From Octopus vulgaris (lineage: Eukaryota), in contig OX597815.1 in the NCBI GenBank assembly GCA_951406725.2, forward strand, positions 61,504,001 to 61,568,000: 64,000 nucleotides of DNA. The letters run 5' to 3'. This document shows, in pieces, positions 52,960-64,000 of this stretch; the first letter of the stretch is position 1; each line of letters starts with the position of its first letter. The position numbers and the translations under genes were made by a program. The notes under the pieces were generated by a model. It saw only the letters and a program-made list of their open reading frames with translations. It was not told where the DNA came from and searched no databases.

Positions 52960-55900
52960 TTATTATGGCTGCCCCCTCGTTATCGAGTATGGCCATTGCA
53001 CGAAGCTTAACTATTACTGGTGCTGTGATCGAATGTGACTTTTTAGCCCAGCTAAAGATCTACAATGTCTTGTACAAAATTGGCAACTAAAAACTTTACT
53101 GGTAATAGCCGGCTGTTGTTGTAACTGGGATGCATGTACCTTTGCATGTCGTTTAAGTCCTCCTGCCGAATTGCACTCTCTTCCACATGCCCGACAGATA
53201 TGATTAGTATGGTGTGTTACACCACCACCAGTAGCCAGGCTGTCACTCATCTGTCTCGCTTTATGACTACGAAGATGACTCGTGAGTCCAGCGTTACTGA
53301 GGTAGGGTCTTGCACAGACATTGCATGTCAGAATCAAAGGAAGACCCTTCTCTTCTGGAAGTGTAACAGCGATGCCCTTCCTGACATCCCTCCTTACTTT
53401 CTCATGTGCAACTCGAGATTTCTCAAAAGTGGCTGTCCCCCTCATGCGATCAATACGATCAATAGCTATGCCTTCCCATGTGTCAGGAGAGATGCAAACA
53501 TCTCTTAAGGAAGCCTTCAGAAAGTCCTTATACCTCTTTTTTGGTTTATGTGAAGGTCGTTCTCCTTTAGCTAACTCTCCATAAAAGAGTTGTTTTGGCA
53601 TCCTTGAATCCTTCATTCTGATCAGATGACCACTCCATCTGAGCCTTTGCTTTAACAAAAGAGCTTCTATACTTTCACACCGAGAGCCTTCCAATATTTC
53701 AAGATCACTGATGCGGTCCTTCCACTTAATGCCATAGATCCGTCTGAGGCACATCTGATGGACACGTTCCAGTTGTTTAAGGTGGTATCAATATGTGACC
53801 CACGTCTCGCAGGCATAGAGAAGAGAAGAGAGCACACATGCCTTGTACACCTTTATCTTTGTCTTTCTGCATATGTCTCGCCGACTCCAGAGGCGCTTTT
53901 CTAGCCTTCCGAAAGCAACACTTGCTTTCCTAATTCTATATGGAATTTCATCATCCACGTTGCCATATCTATTAATAGTGCTTCCCAGGTAGACAAACTG
54001 ATCCACTACATCAAGTCGTTTACCATTCACATAGATATTTGGTACACTATACTGATGCATGACAACAGTTTTCTTGAGATTGACTATCAATCCTAAGGCA
54101 GTGCAAGCATCAGAGAATGCATTCAAAATGTGTTGCATATCAATCTCAGTGTGTGCTACTAGCTCACAATCATCTGCATACAAACGGTCTCTTATGATAG
54201 AGGTAAATATCTTTGTTTTTGCAGCAAGGCGCCTGATATTAAATATGCTGCCAGAGGTTCGATAATGGACGTAAACACCATATCTGCAGTTTCTGAATGC
54301 AATACAGAACACCATCTATCGCAACATGTTCGATATCCGACAAGGCATCGGTCTGGGCAGCAGCCATCCATGCTAGATCTGGTATTCTCCCGCTATTCAA
54401 GATCAGTGTCAGGCTTATCTGTGTGCACCCCTCTTGCCAAGAGTGATCATGCGGTCCTGAAGTTCGTCATGCACACAACTTTTTCTACGCCCACGACTAC
54501 TTCGCTGCCACGTAGAATCTTCTCTGCAATTAATCTTGAAATTCTAACCGAGGCTTCCGCGCTTCTGGACTGGCGATCCCTGATGACGATGTCCTCAGTT
54601 GACGAACTATGGTCGTCCCTCAAAGCATATGTAATCTGGTTGACTAACCAAGCAGTTCCCGTTGGGCTTCCCAAGAAGAAGAAACACAAGCCCTGAGTGA
54701 CGAAGGAGGTTAAACGAGAACTTCCACTCAGAGATATTGCTGGGGCTGAATTCAAAAATCTAGATTCGACTGCAGCTTTTGAGGTGTACAAAACTCAACG
54801 AGACCGAGCCGTGAAAATTGAAAAGGAAAAACGCTTCAGATATGAATACAGAATCGCGGCAAACGCCAGTCGCAATCCAAAAACCTTCTTTTCAAGAAAG
54901 GGAGCCGCGAAGACCCGCTTAACTACGGACCGGTTTCCCTTACTTCAATAATCAGCAAGTTGTTCGAAACCATCCTAAAGAGAAGTATGATGCTCCACCT
55001 CCAAAACACAGCGTCTATCTCTGATTCCCAACACGGCTTCGTGCCGAAGAGATCATGCTTGACCAACTTACTGGTAATGGAAGAATTGGTGACGCGCATC
55101 CTCGATGATGGTGATGCTGTTGACATCGTTTTATTGGACTTTGCCAAAGCTTTTGACTCGGTAATCCACCGCCTATTACTTGTCAAGCTTCAAGCATAAT
55201 GTTTCCATCCGGATATTGTACGATGGGTTGGTGCCTTCCTCTCAGATCGCTCCTTCCAAGTCCAAGTTAATGGTTCGCTGTCCGACGTCTCCAGTGCGAG
55301 CAGTGGCGTGCCTCAAGGTTCAGTGCTTGGGCCCTTATCGTTCTTAGTCTTCATAAATGACTTGCCCGACGACCTCACGCAACACACCCTTCTATTTGCC
55401 GATGATGTCAAACTGGTCGCTCCTCACGGTGATATAGAGGATCTTCGTCGATGCCTCCACCAAATTTGGAGATGGTCTAACGAATGGGACCTGTGTCTGA
55501 ACGTGTCAAAGTGCTGTCATCTGCCTGTTGGCTCTTTTCCTGAAACCCAACTTGATTTCGAGCCGGATCGTCTGCTGCTGGAGAGGACCGACCACGTAAA
55601 GGGTATCTTGGTGGATTTTTCCTTTTCGCCTTCGGCCCAATGCGTCCATGCTGCCAACAAAGCACGCGGAGTTCTGTTTTTGATTCGACGGTCATTCAGA
55701 ATGCTCAAAGCAGCAATATTCCTACCGCTCTACGTCACGCTGGTGAGTTCGGGATTCAAGCCTCTTCTCCTTATCTCCTCAAAGACATACATCATCTCGA
55801 AAGAGTCCAGAAGCTGGTTACCCGCATGGTTCTTGGTCTCAAGCATTTGTCTTATGAAGAAAGGCTGAAGACGCTCGACCTTTATTCTCTAGAAAAACGA

Positions 55901-58100
55901 CGACGCCGTGGTGATCTCATTCTTCCTCACAACATCATAAGCGGAAAGTGTAACCTCTCGAAAGAGCTGTTCTTCACTCCTGCTCCAGAGCGTCGGCTGC
56001 GGGGTCACTCCGAAAAGCTCTATCTGCGACGATTTCATCTCAATCGAAGGAGAGGGGCTTTCTCCGTCCGTGTTGCGGATCCGTGGAATAAGCTGCCAGA
56101 CGAGATAGTGAAGATGCCGACGACCGCTCGGTTCAAAGTCTCCCTTGACCACATGTGGCCTGAACTCTTTACATGAACACCACCCTGTACATAACTCCAT
56201 GTCCCCCTACATGGCCTTGCTATTTGCTTTTTGAGCCAAAAAATTAACTAACTAACTAACCATCGCGAAATATATTGAAAATAGGGTCGGTGCCAGAATA
56301 TTCCCCTGTTTCACACCATTTTCTATTGAAATGGGCTCCGACATTTTCCCTCTAACATTCACCCTACTATTCATGTCTTCATGAAAAGACCTAACCAAAG
56401 CAAGGAACTTTTCAGGGCACCCAAGTTTCTGGAGGACTTTCCACAATGCTTTTCTATTGACGGTTTCAAAGGCTTTTGTCAGATAGGCAAAAACCTGATA
56501 CAAATCCAGACCCTGTTCCACACACTTTTCCTGAAGCTGTCTAGCTGAAAAGATCATATCAGCAGTGCCACGTCCCACACGAAAGCCAGATTGACTTTCT
56601 GGAAGAACACAATCTGCAATGTATTTCAGCAGACGATCCAGAAGTATCCTGCATAAAACCTTTCCTACAGCAGACAGCAATGATACTCCCCTATAATTAC
56701 CACAATCATTCCTGTTGCCCTTTCCCTTATACAGGACCACCATTACCGCATCTCTCCAGTCCTCAGGTACAGATTCACTAGTCCATATCTTACCAAACAA
56801 AGAGTGAAGTTCCTGCAGAAGTTTCTCACCACCATGCTGTAACAACTCCGCATGTATACCCGGAGACTTCCCATTATTCAACCTTGAGACAGCCATTGCA
56901 ACTTCTTCCAACTTTGGTGGTTCCGCGAGTGCTGCCTTCACAGGCAATCCAGGGATGAGATTGAGAACATCCTCACTAACTACAGACTACTGATTCAAAA
57001 GTTCATCAAAGTGTTCTTACCACCTTCGCAGAATTCCTTGTGAATCACGAAGAAGTTCTTTACCATCCCTGCTTCGAAGTGGTGTCATCAGGGAAGACGT
57101 CGGTCCATAAACTTCTCGCAAGAGACCATACAACAGCTTTGTGTTATTCGAATCTGATGCCGCCTGTATCTCGACAGCCTTCTTACTCCACCATGTATCC
57201 CTCATCTGAGAGAGCCTTTGCCTCACACGTGATTTTACGTCCTTGAGTTCCCTATGCAACACTTCCCTTTCCTGTGGCTTTGCTCGTTAATTCCGATTGG
57301 GAATTCTTCCAACTTGTCCACAAGAGTAGTCTTAACAGCAAATGTCACTCCAGCTTCTCCTCTAAACTCTTCGTTCCTCCCTTTCCAAAAGAATGTATAT
57401 TTTCCACAAGATTCTGTAAGATGACCATCTCCAGGTAATCTCGTTTCAGATAAAGCAACGATGTCAAGATCATAGCATTGAAGGTCCTTCGCAGCAAGCG
57501 CAGGACATTCAGAGGACTTGCGGTCAAGCAGCGTCCGTACATTCCAACAGCCAATATTCACTATTTTCTTTGGTTCTATCACAGTAGGATGATGACGGCC
57601 GGGTTCAGACTGTGATGCTCTGAAGCCCCTGTCGGGCCAGACTCTTTCAGCTGATGTGGTTCCAGAGTCCTTACTGCTATTTATTGTTATACTGTTTTGG
57701 TACATCATTGATTTTTTGCTTTTTATGGCTACAGCCAGCCATTCAATTGAGATTCATAGCACTATCAACAATCATGAATTAGTTAATCAATTTAATCAAT
57801 CCAATGTAGTTAACGTGCAATGCCTGTGCAAAAAGATTTTTTTTAAAGTGAGGAAAGGCTGTGCACTGAGTCAATCCCACTCACTAAGCAACAGCAGCCA
57901 TAATCCGAAAAGAAAAACAAGTCAACATCATCGGTAACCACTGAGCCGCAGGTTTTATGTCGGAGTTATCCCAGTTACCTGAGTTACCTTCTCCTAGAAG
58001 GATGCCCTAACAAAGGCTAGGAGTCCTTCACTCCCAATGGTTTAACCGCGCGATCGGGTATTCAGTCCGATTATTTCTATGTCCCCGCGCATGCTACAGC
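52960..58100 (-). mobile_element. RTE LINE, near full length, frameshifted, interrupted at 54317-56258
   Basis: EN start IGCWNVRTLLD..ALSETR; RT NYRGVSLLS, PESQSGFR, GVKQG, LYADD, FVYLGS; three C-terminal C2H2 fingers; RTE-like 5' UTR (CTAGGAGAAGGTAACTC). Internal deletion near 57285. Confidence 0.9.
54317..56258 (+). mobile_element. CR1/L2-type LINE, 5'-truncated, nested in the RTE
   Basis: PTR..PSMLDLVF, QHGFVPKRSCLTNL, LDFAKAFDSV, GVPQGSVLGP, LFADDVKL, LERVQK, LRGH, WNKLP; (TAAC)n tail; flanked by ACCATC direct repeats at 54311-54316 and 56259-56264. Confidence 0.9.
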
Positions 58101-58117
58101 CTTAAGCCTTAAGAAAA

Positions 58118-58320
58118 AAAAAACACATTTCTTGGATGACCGTTGACTCTCAAGAGTTCCTCCGCCCTTTGACGGGTTTTGTTTTTCATCCCGCAGGGTG
58201 TCCAATAAACACCCTCCACACCAATCAAGCTTGGTGGGGTTGCCGGTTTAGTCGCCGACGGCCCGACCATGCAACAGGTTGTAGTAGGTTACATGTTACC
58301 AGTAGCACTCGGAAGTGACC
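58118..58320 (-). mobile_element. structured GC-rich segment resembling an RTE 5' UTR
   Basis: Lies just upstream of the RTE and contains hairpins CATGTAAC/GTTGCATG and GTCG/CGAC. Assignment is by resemblance only. Confidence 0.4.
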
Positions 58321-58364
58321 TGACATAACATACATACATACATACATATATTAATATATGTATG

Positions 58365-58456
<92 letters not shown>

Positions 58457-58484
58457 TGCGCAAGCGTATTTATACATATGAAAT

Positions 58485-58526
<42 letters not shown>

Positions 58527-58530
58527 AAGA

Positions 58531-61500
58531 TATGTCTTTTTATTAGCCACACAGGGCTGCACACAGACGGGACAGATTACAAAGTAGAGCTTTTCTTTTT
58601 GGGGAAAGAAAAAAAAAGGTAGAGTAGGTTTTCGATCAAAAGGGGTCGAAAATGGAAAGAAGATAAAAAACGATCAATAGGGATCGTGTATCACAGTGTC
58701 ATGATGTAAGGTGTAAAGGGGGAAGCAGATAAGGTTTATTCGTGGGAAGAAAAGCCTACAGAAAAGACCATGGTAACCTTGGTCAATATTGTTACATGTT
58801 ACCACATTTGTTTGCAAGTAGGTAACCCGCTGTTTTAAATTTCCGGGTTCATAGGATTATGCTCAAGGTGGCTTCGTCATTCATACGTGCCATCCTTGCT
58901 ACATTTACCCATCTTTTTTCAAAACATTCGCTAGACAAAACTTGCCTCCCTACTCTCACTTTCCTTTTCAAGTGATACTTGAAGAAGTTGATGAGAGATT
59001 GACCAGAGGGGAAAGTGTTTGTCTCTAATCCTTTCAGACGCGCCCACCAGATACATTCTTTCGCCATAGCCACAAGGATGATGAAAATAGCTCTGCCTTC
59101 CTGTTTGAAGGAAGGAGGCGTGACAATATTGACGATAGACTCGGCTGATAAACTGACTTATCCCACACGTGACGGCAGTTGTTCGACATAGGCCCACAAG
59201 TCGGAAATTGTTGGACACTGCACGAGTGCGTGCAGAACGGTTTCGTCGCTCTGACTGCATCTCGGGCAGGTCGGCCCCGTGTTTCTCGAGCCGTGTCTGT
59301 AGAGCTTATCCCGAACGGGTAGCGCTTCTCGGTAGCACAGCCAGGCCAGGGATCTCTGGAAGTTGTCCATGGGCCCTGGCCCGAAAGTCGTCCCGAACAG
59401 GTGGGTCAGGTATTCCTCGTCAACGTCCAGGTTCGCCCTGAGCTCGTCGTCGTACCTCCCCTCCACTAATCCCCTATAGAATGCTTGGGTTGTGTTGAAG
59501 ACACTCAAGGTCGACCCGGGATGGCATAGTTGCTTGAGAGCAACGCGACACTCGCGGTGCCATTCACCCTTTCTCGGCCTCTTTTTGATCCATGACTGCA
59601 GTTCGGTCATGGATACGAGTTGCGGGAAACCGTGCCTCACAAACGGCGACCACACCTGTTCACCGTCGTCTACGTAGAGTCTGAGATGTTTCAGTCTCAG
59701 CGCGTGTCTGCGCATCATCAACCACGGCATGCCCAGTTCTCCTTTTAACAGGTGTTGACAGCAAATGGATCGCCTGACCATCGGGACGCATCCTTTCCAC
59801 AAGAAGCGAAAGAGAATGCGTTCTAGTTTGGTGATGGTAGGGTCGGGACAAGGCACGACGGTCAGGTGGTAGTAGATGACGGACGCGATGTACGAGTTCG
59901 CCACCTCCGCCCGACTTTTTAGGGACAGTTCCCTCTTGGCCCATTGCTTGGCGAGAGTGACCACCCTACTCGTTATCTCGTTCCAGTTCTTCTCCATTTG
60001 GAGGTCCGGACCAAACCAGACCCCGAGCAACTCGACTGGACCGTCGGTCCAGCATCCCACGACGGAGGCGCTGGTGGGCGGCATGGGCTTGCTTCTACAG
60101 GTGCCTAGTCGCAAGCCCACTGTTTTTTCCCGGTTGATTTTCGCTCGTCACCGCTTCGTAGTCTTTCGGTGTCTCGCCGACCTGCTCGATGTGATCGTGG
60201 CTAGACACTATGACGGTGACGTCGTCCGCGTATGCAGGCACGCTCGTCCCGCAACTTATTCTCGCGGGATGCCTCTCAGAGTTGCCAGCTTCCGCAATAA
60301 TGGCTTGGGAGTCAATACGTAGAGAAGCGACGAGAGGAGGTATCCCTGACGGACCGAACGTGCAATGTCGAAAGGTCTCGATAGATGTCCATTTACGCGA
60401 ATTACTGAACGGATGCCTCTGTACAAAATGAGTATCCAGCTGCGGAAGACGGGACCGAAACCAGCCGCTCTGAGGACAGCCTCCAAGTATCGATGGGCTA
60501 CCCTATCGAAAGCTTTCGATTGATTAACTATTTCAGCGCCCCATCCATGCCAGGTTCCTTAACTACACTGTCTATTATGTAGCACATCAGGTGGAGGTTG
60601 TCATAGATGCTCCGGCCCGGCACGGCGTACGTTTGTGCCTTGTCGGCCAGTTTCTCGATGACAAGCGCCAACCCCTTGGCTAACACCTTGGCCAAAATTT
60701 TCAAGTCTGCATTAAGCAGAGTGATTGGCCTAAAGTTATCTATTACATTCCCCTTGTTTAGATCTTTCCCCAGCAGTGTCACGGCTCCTCGGCTCACAAA
60801 ACCAAGAATGCTCCCGTTTTGCTGCCAGTTGCAGTACACCGCCGCCAAGACGTCTGGCATACAACTGTAAAGCTCGTAGGGTAGACCATCCACACCCGGC
60901 GATTTGACCCTCGAGCATTCTGCCATCGCGTCCTGCACTTCCGCCGTCGTGATGGCACCTTCGCAGCTCCCTGCCTCTCTTGTCGAGAGTCGTGGTAGGC
61001 TGTGTAGGTAGGCACTGAAGTCCACCCTACGTTCTTGCCCGCCACTCGTCCCGAACAGTCAGGCAAAATGCTGTTGAAAGGCCTCACACATTTTACTTGG
61101 ATCGAGCAATTCGCGCCCCTGTTCATCTACCAGAGACCGAACGGTGGCTTTGTTGCCCTGTTGCGCCTCTGCCACCCGTGCCTCTCTCGCGGCTCCAACA
61201 CCTTCGTTCCTTAGAGCACGCATCCCAGCTCTAACAACACACCCTTCGTGTTTGGCGTTGAATTTTTGGTCGAGGGCCAGCCTCACCGCCAAAACGTCGG
61301 ACGCGATGCCGCTTCTAGTTGCTTCTTCTAGCTTCTTAACTAGCTCACCCTCTACTCTGTTTTTATCTATTGTTAGTGCTTTGCTGTACCTAATCGCTTC
61401 TACTTTTACTGCTCTCTTGAGGGCGAACCACCATTTGTTGTTGATGATGTCTCCCGTCAACGCCCTCTTTACTAGTGTGCTAATCCGGTCTCTGAAAACC

Positions 61501-63412
61501 TGTCTCGATGGGAAAGACGCGTTTAGTTTCCAGTATCCGGGACCCTGCCTATGTGTCTTACCTAAGTCTAGCGTACATGTCACAAGTTTGTGATCCGTGT
61601 AGCTGACTATGTTGAATTGTAGACATCCTACGCTATCTCTATCTACTGTCCTACACAGAATCCTATCTAAATACGATCTCAGGTGGTCTAGTCGGTACCT
61701 GTCAGACAGTTGAAAGCGTCTGAGCAGATCTCTGAGGCATTTGCAACCCCGTCTATTCCTATCTCTGCCCACGTAGTCTACATGCGTGTCCAAGGCAGCA
61801 TTCCAATCCCCCACAATGAGTAAAGGATGAGACGTTCCCAAGAATACTTCTAGACGTTGAAAGAAATCCGCCCGACCTGTTAAAGGTGGTGCGTAGACTG
61901 ATACGAGTCGAAAAGCGCACCCATTGCTGCCGTCGACATCCAGAACGACTAGTCTACCCTCCGGGTCTACGAATATTGTCTTTACTTTGAGATCCAGACT
62001 CTTGCAAAAAAAGTACCGCGGTGCCACTACCGCCCATTCTTGGCAGACAGGGGGAAAATAAATGTTGAACTGTCCGCCAACATGGTCTTTAGGGCCCGCG
62101 GATTGTGGAGTCTGGTCTCACTTATGGCTATGATTTCTAACTTACGTAACTTTATGTCATTTAAGAGGTACCCTTGTTTCCAAGGGGACCCCAAGCCACG
62201 CGCACTTACACAACCAATCTTGATCATAATCCTAGTGAATTAAAATACAAGCGAAAGGAACAGAGGGTTACTTACTGCTCGAAAGTTTTTGCTTTCTCCT
62301 CCTTTGGTTTGTCCTCGAGGAGATCCCAGTAAAGTTTCTTCGTGAGGTATTTTTGGCATTTACCGACCGCATTGGGGAAAATGCCTTTTAGTGTGTGGTG
62401 CAGACTTCTGGAGATATGTAGTATTTTGATGTGATCCGGTGGTGTTGTGTATGGGTGATTGTTTGTTTTTATGTCATCTTCTGTTATGTTTGTTTTTGAT
62501 TTGATGTATTCCATCAAATTTGTGTTTTTGGTGTCTATGGCTGTGAGCACGTTTGCTGTATATATTTTTGTGGTGTTGGTGTTGTTGTTGTTTGTGGTGG
62601 GTTGCGAAATGTCTTCGGGAGATGTATTCCCCCCTGCCTTGTTTGTGTTTGCATTTGGTTTGGTTGTGTTTCTGCTCTTTTTTTCCTTCCTTTTCTAGCT
62701 ATTTGCCATTCCTCGCTGGTTTCGTCTTCCGACGAATTTTCTGAGGAATCAGAAGCGGGTAGGGGTATGTTGTAGGCTTCTATGTATGTCTGTGTAAGTG
62801 GTTGTGTTGTTGTTTTTGTTGCTGTTGGTTGTTGAGTGTTTGTGTGTGGTGAGTGCGGTATAGGGGATGGGAAATCAGTTTTTGCATATTTTTTTGTTTT
62901 TCTGTTCCTTTAGTTCTTGCTGTTGTTGGTGGTCTTGGTATTTTCTCATGTATTTTCTCGGATGTTGTATTATTTCTGGTTGTGGTTGGATTAGCTTGGT
63001 GTAGTTCTCTTGTCGTCTTCTGTGTTGATGGTAGTGTGGGTAGTAGTACTTTTTTTCTCGGAGTGTTTTGGTTGTGGTAGTGGTTGTTGTTGTTGCTCTT
63101 GTTGTGCAGTGGTTGGACACTTCTTTTTCAAATGTGTTTCGCTTCTGCACAAATAGCAACGTGGTCGCCTGCCCTCTACCACTACATAGAGTTTTTAACC
63201 ATCTGACAGTTCTATAGTGGTGGGTGTCTTTTCTCTTGTTGTTTCATCCAATTGAAGGAGGAATTGGATTGATTTTCCCACCCAGTTTTTCTGTTCTAGA
63301 ATAGCGATTTCAAGAATGTTTGTCTCTGCCATTTCAAAGCAAATGGCAGAGACTAACCAGGTGGTACATTTTTTATTTGGACTTTCGTCACCCTCTGGCC
63401 TAAATAAGTTGG
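58531..63412 (-). mobile_element. Tx1 (L1-clade) LINE, ORF1 5'-truncated plus complete but frameshifted ORF2
   Basis: ORF1 CYLCRSETHLKKKC knuckle. ORF2 MIKIGCVSARGL, ISETR, VYAP, GDWN, YLDRI, TDH (APE); KSPGVDGLP, NFRPITLLNADLKI, KAFDRV, VRQG, AYADD (RT); CPRC..ETVLHALVQC. AATAAA tail; (GATA)n on both flanks. Confidence 0.9.
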
Positions 63413-63426
63413 TATAGATAGATAGC

Positions 63427-63518
<92 letters not shown>

Positions 63519-63549
63519 CCGGTAGATAGATATCGTTTACATTTTCTTT

Positions 63550-63930
63550 TTTCTCGTTTACGTGTTTTAGTCAGTGGGCTGAGGCCATGCGGGAGCACTG
63601 CCTTGAAAAGTTTAGCCGAACAAATCGATACCAGTACGTATTTTACTTGTTAAGTCTAGTACTTTTTCTATCGGACTCTTGCCGAACACCCAAGTTACGG
63701 CGACGTAGACAAACCAACACCGGTTGTCAGTCGGCGGTGAGGGACAAACAGAAAGACACATACATAAATATGTGTGAGTGTGTGTGTATGTGTGTGTGTG
63801 TAAGTGTGTGAGTGTATACGACGGATTTCTTGCAGATTCCGTCTAAGAAATCCACTTGCAAGGCTTTGGTCGGCTTAGGAATATAGCAGAGGATACTTGC
63901 TCGAGGTACCACACAGTGGGATTGCGCTGC
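63550..63930 (-). mobile_element. tRNA-derived SINE, head-truncated
   Basis: Same family as 20705-21220 (CCCACTGTGTGGTACCTC..CCGACCAAAGCCTTG..TGACAACCGGTGTTGG). Confidence 0.65.
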
Positions 63931-64000
63931 GCCTATACACACATACACACACACACGCACATACACACACACACACGCATGCACACACACACGTGCATAC

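Noticed and set aside
53014-53754. Host C2H2 transcription factor
   Set aside because: It is contiguous with RTE RT C-terminal motifs (LRWSGHLIRM, PKQLFYGEL) and lies inside a LINE.
58230-58320. HDV-like or twister ribozyme call
   Set aside because: Could not identify P1/P3/P1.1 or the twister pseudoknot consensus; kept only as an unassigned structure.

Overview
Eukaryotic, AT-rich, microsatellite-saturated DNA with no convincing host protein-coding gene. The SINE families and simple-repeat load suggest a coleoid cephalopod, probably Octopus (inference). The window is a graveyard of transposons. Non-LTR retrotransposons: two long RTE LINEs (one nearly intact, one split by a nested CR1/L2-type LINE with a 6-bp TSD), a near-complete Tx1-type LINE plus two Tx1 fragments, several R4/Dong-like restriction-endonuclease (RLE) LINE pieces, and a Penelope-like element (PLE) with RT and GIY-YIG remnants. 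Others: Helitron and Helentron-type elements, a mariner remnant, a probable solo LTR and many tRNA-derived SINEs. Best leads: (1) an apparently intact type I hammerhead ribozyme at 31252-31336 downstream of the PLE ORF, with several decayed hammerheads elsewhere; (2) a CORE-type SINE whose 3' tail matches the Tx1 LINE 3' end, suggesting a SINE-Tx1 partnership; (3) different LINE families each sitting in their own microsatellite (TAA, ATT, CATA, TATC); (4) a non-coding ~0.8 kb element with terminal direct repeats and a fold-back head; (5) an unusual density of fold-back palindromes. Most ORFs in the track are microsatellite artefacts. Boundaries were read by eye and are approximate unless a terminus or TSD is quoted.
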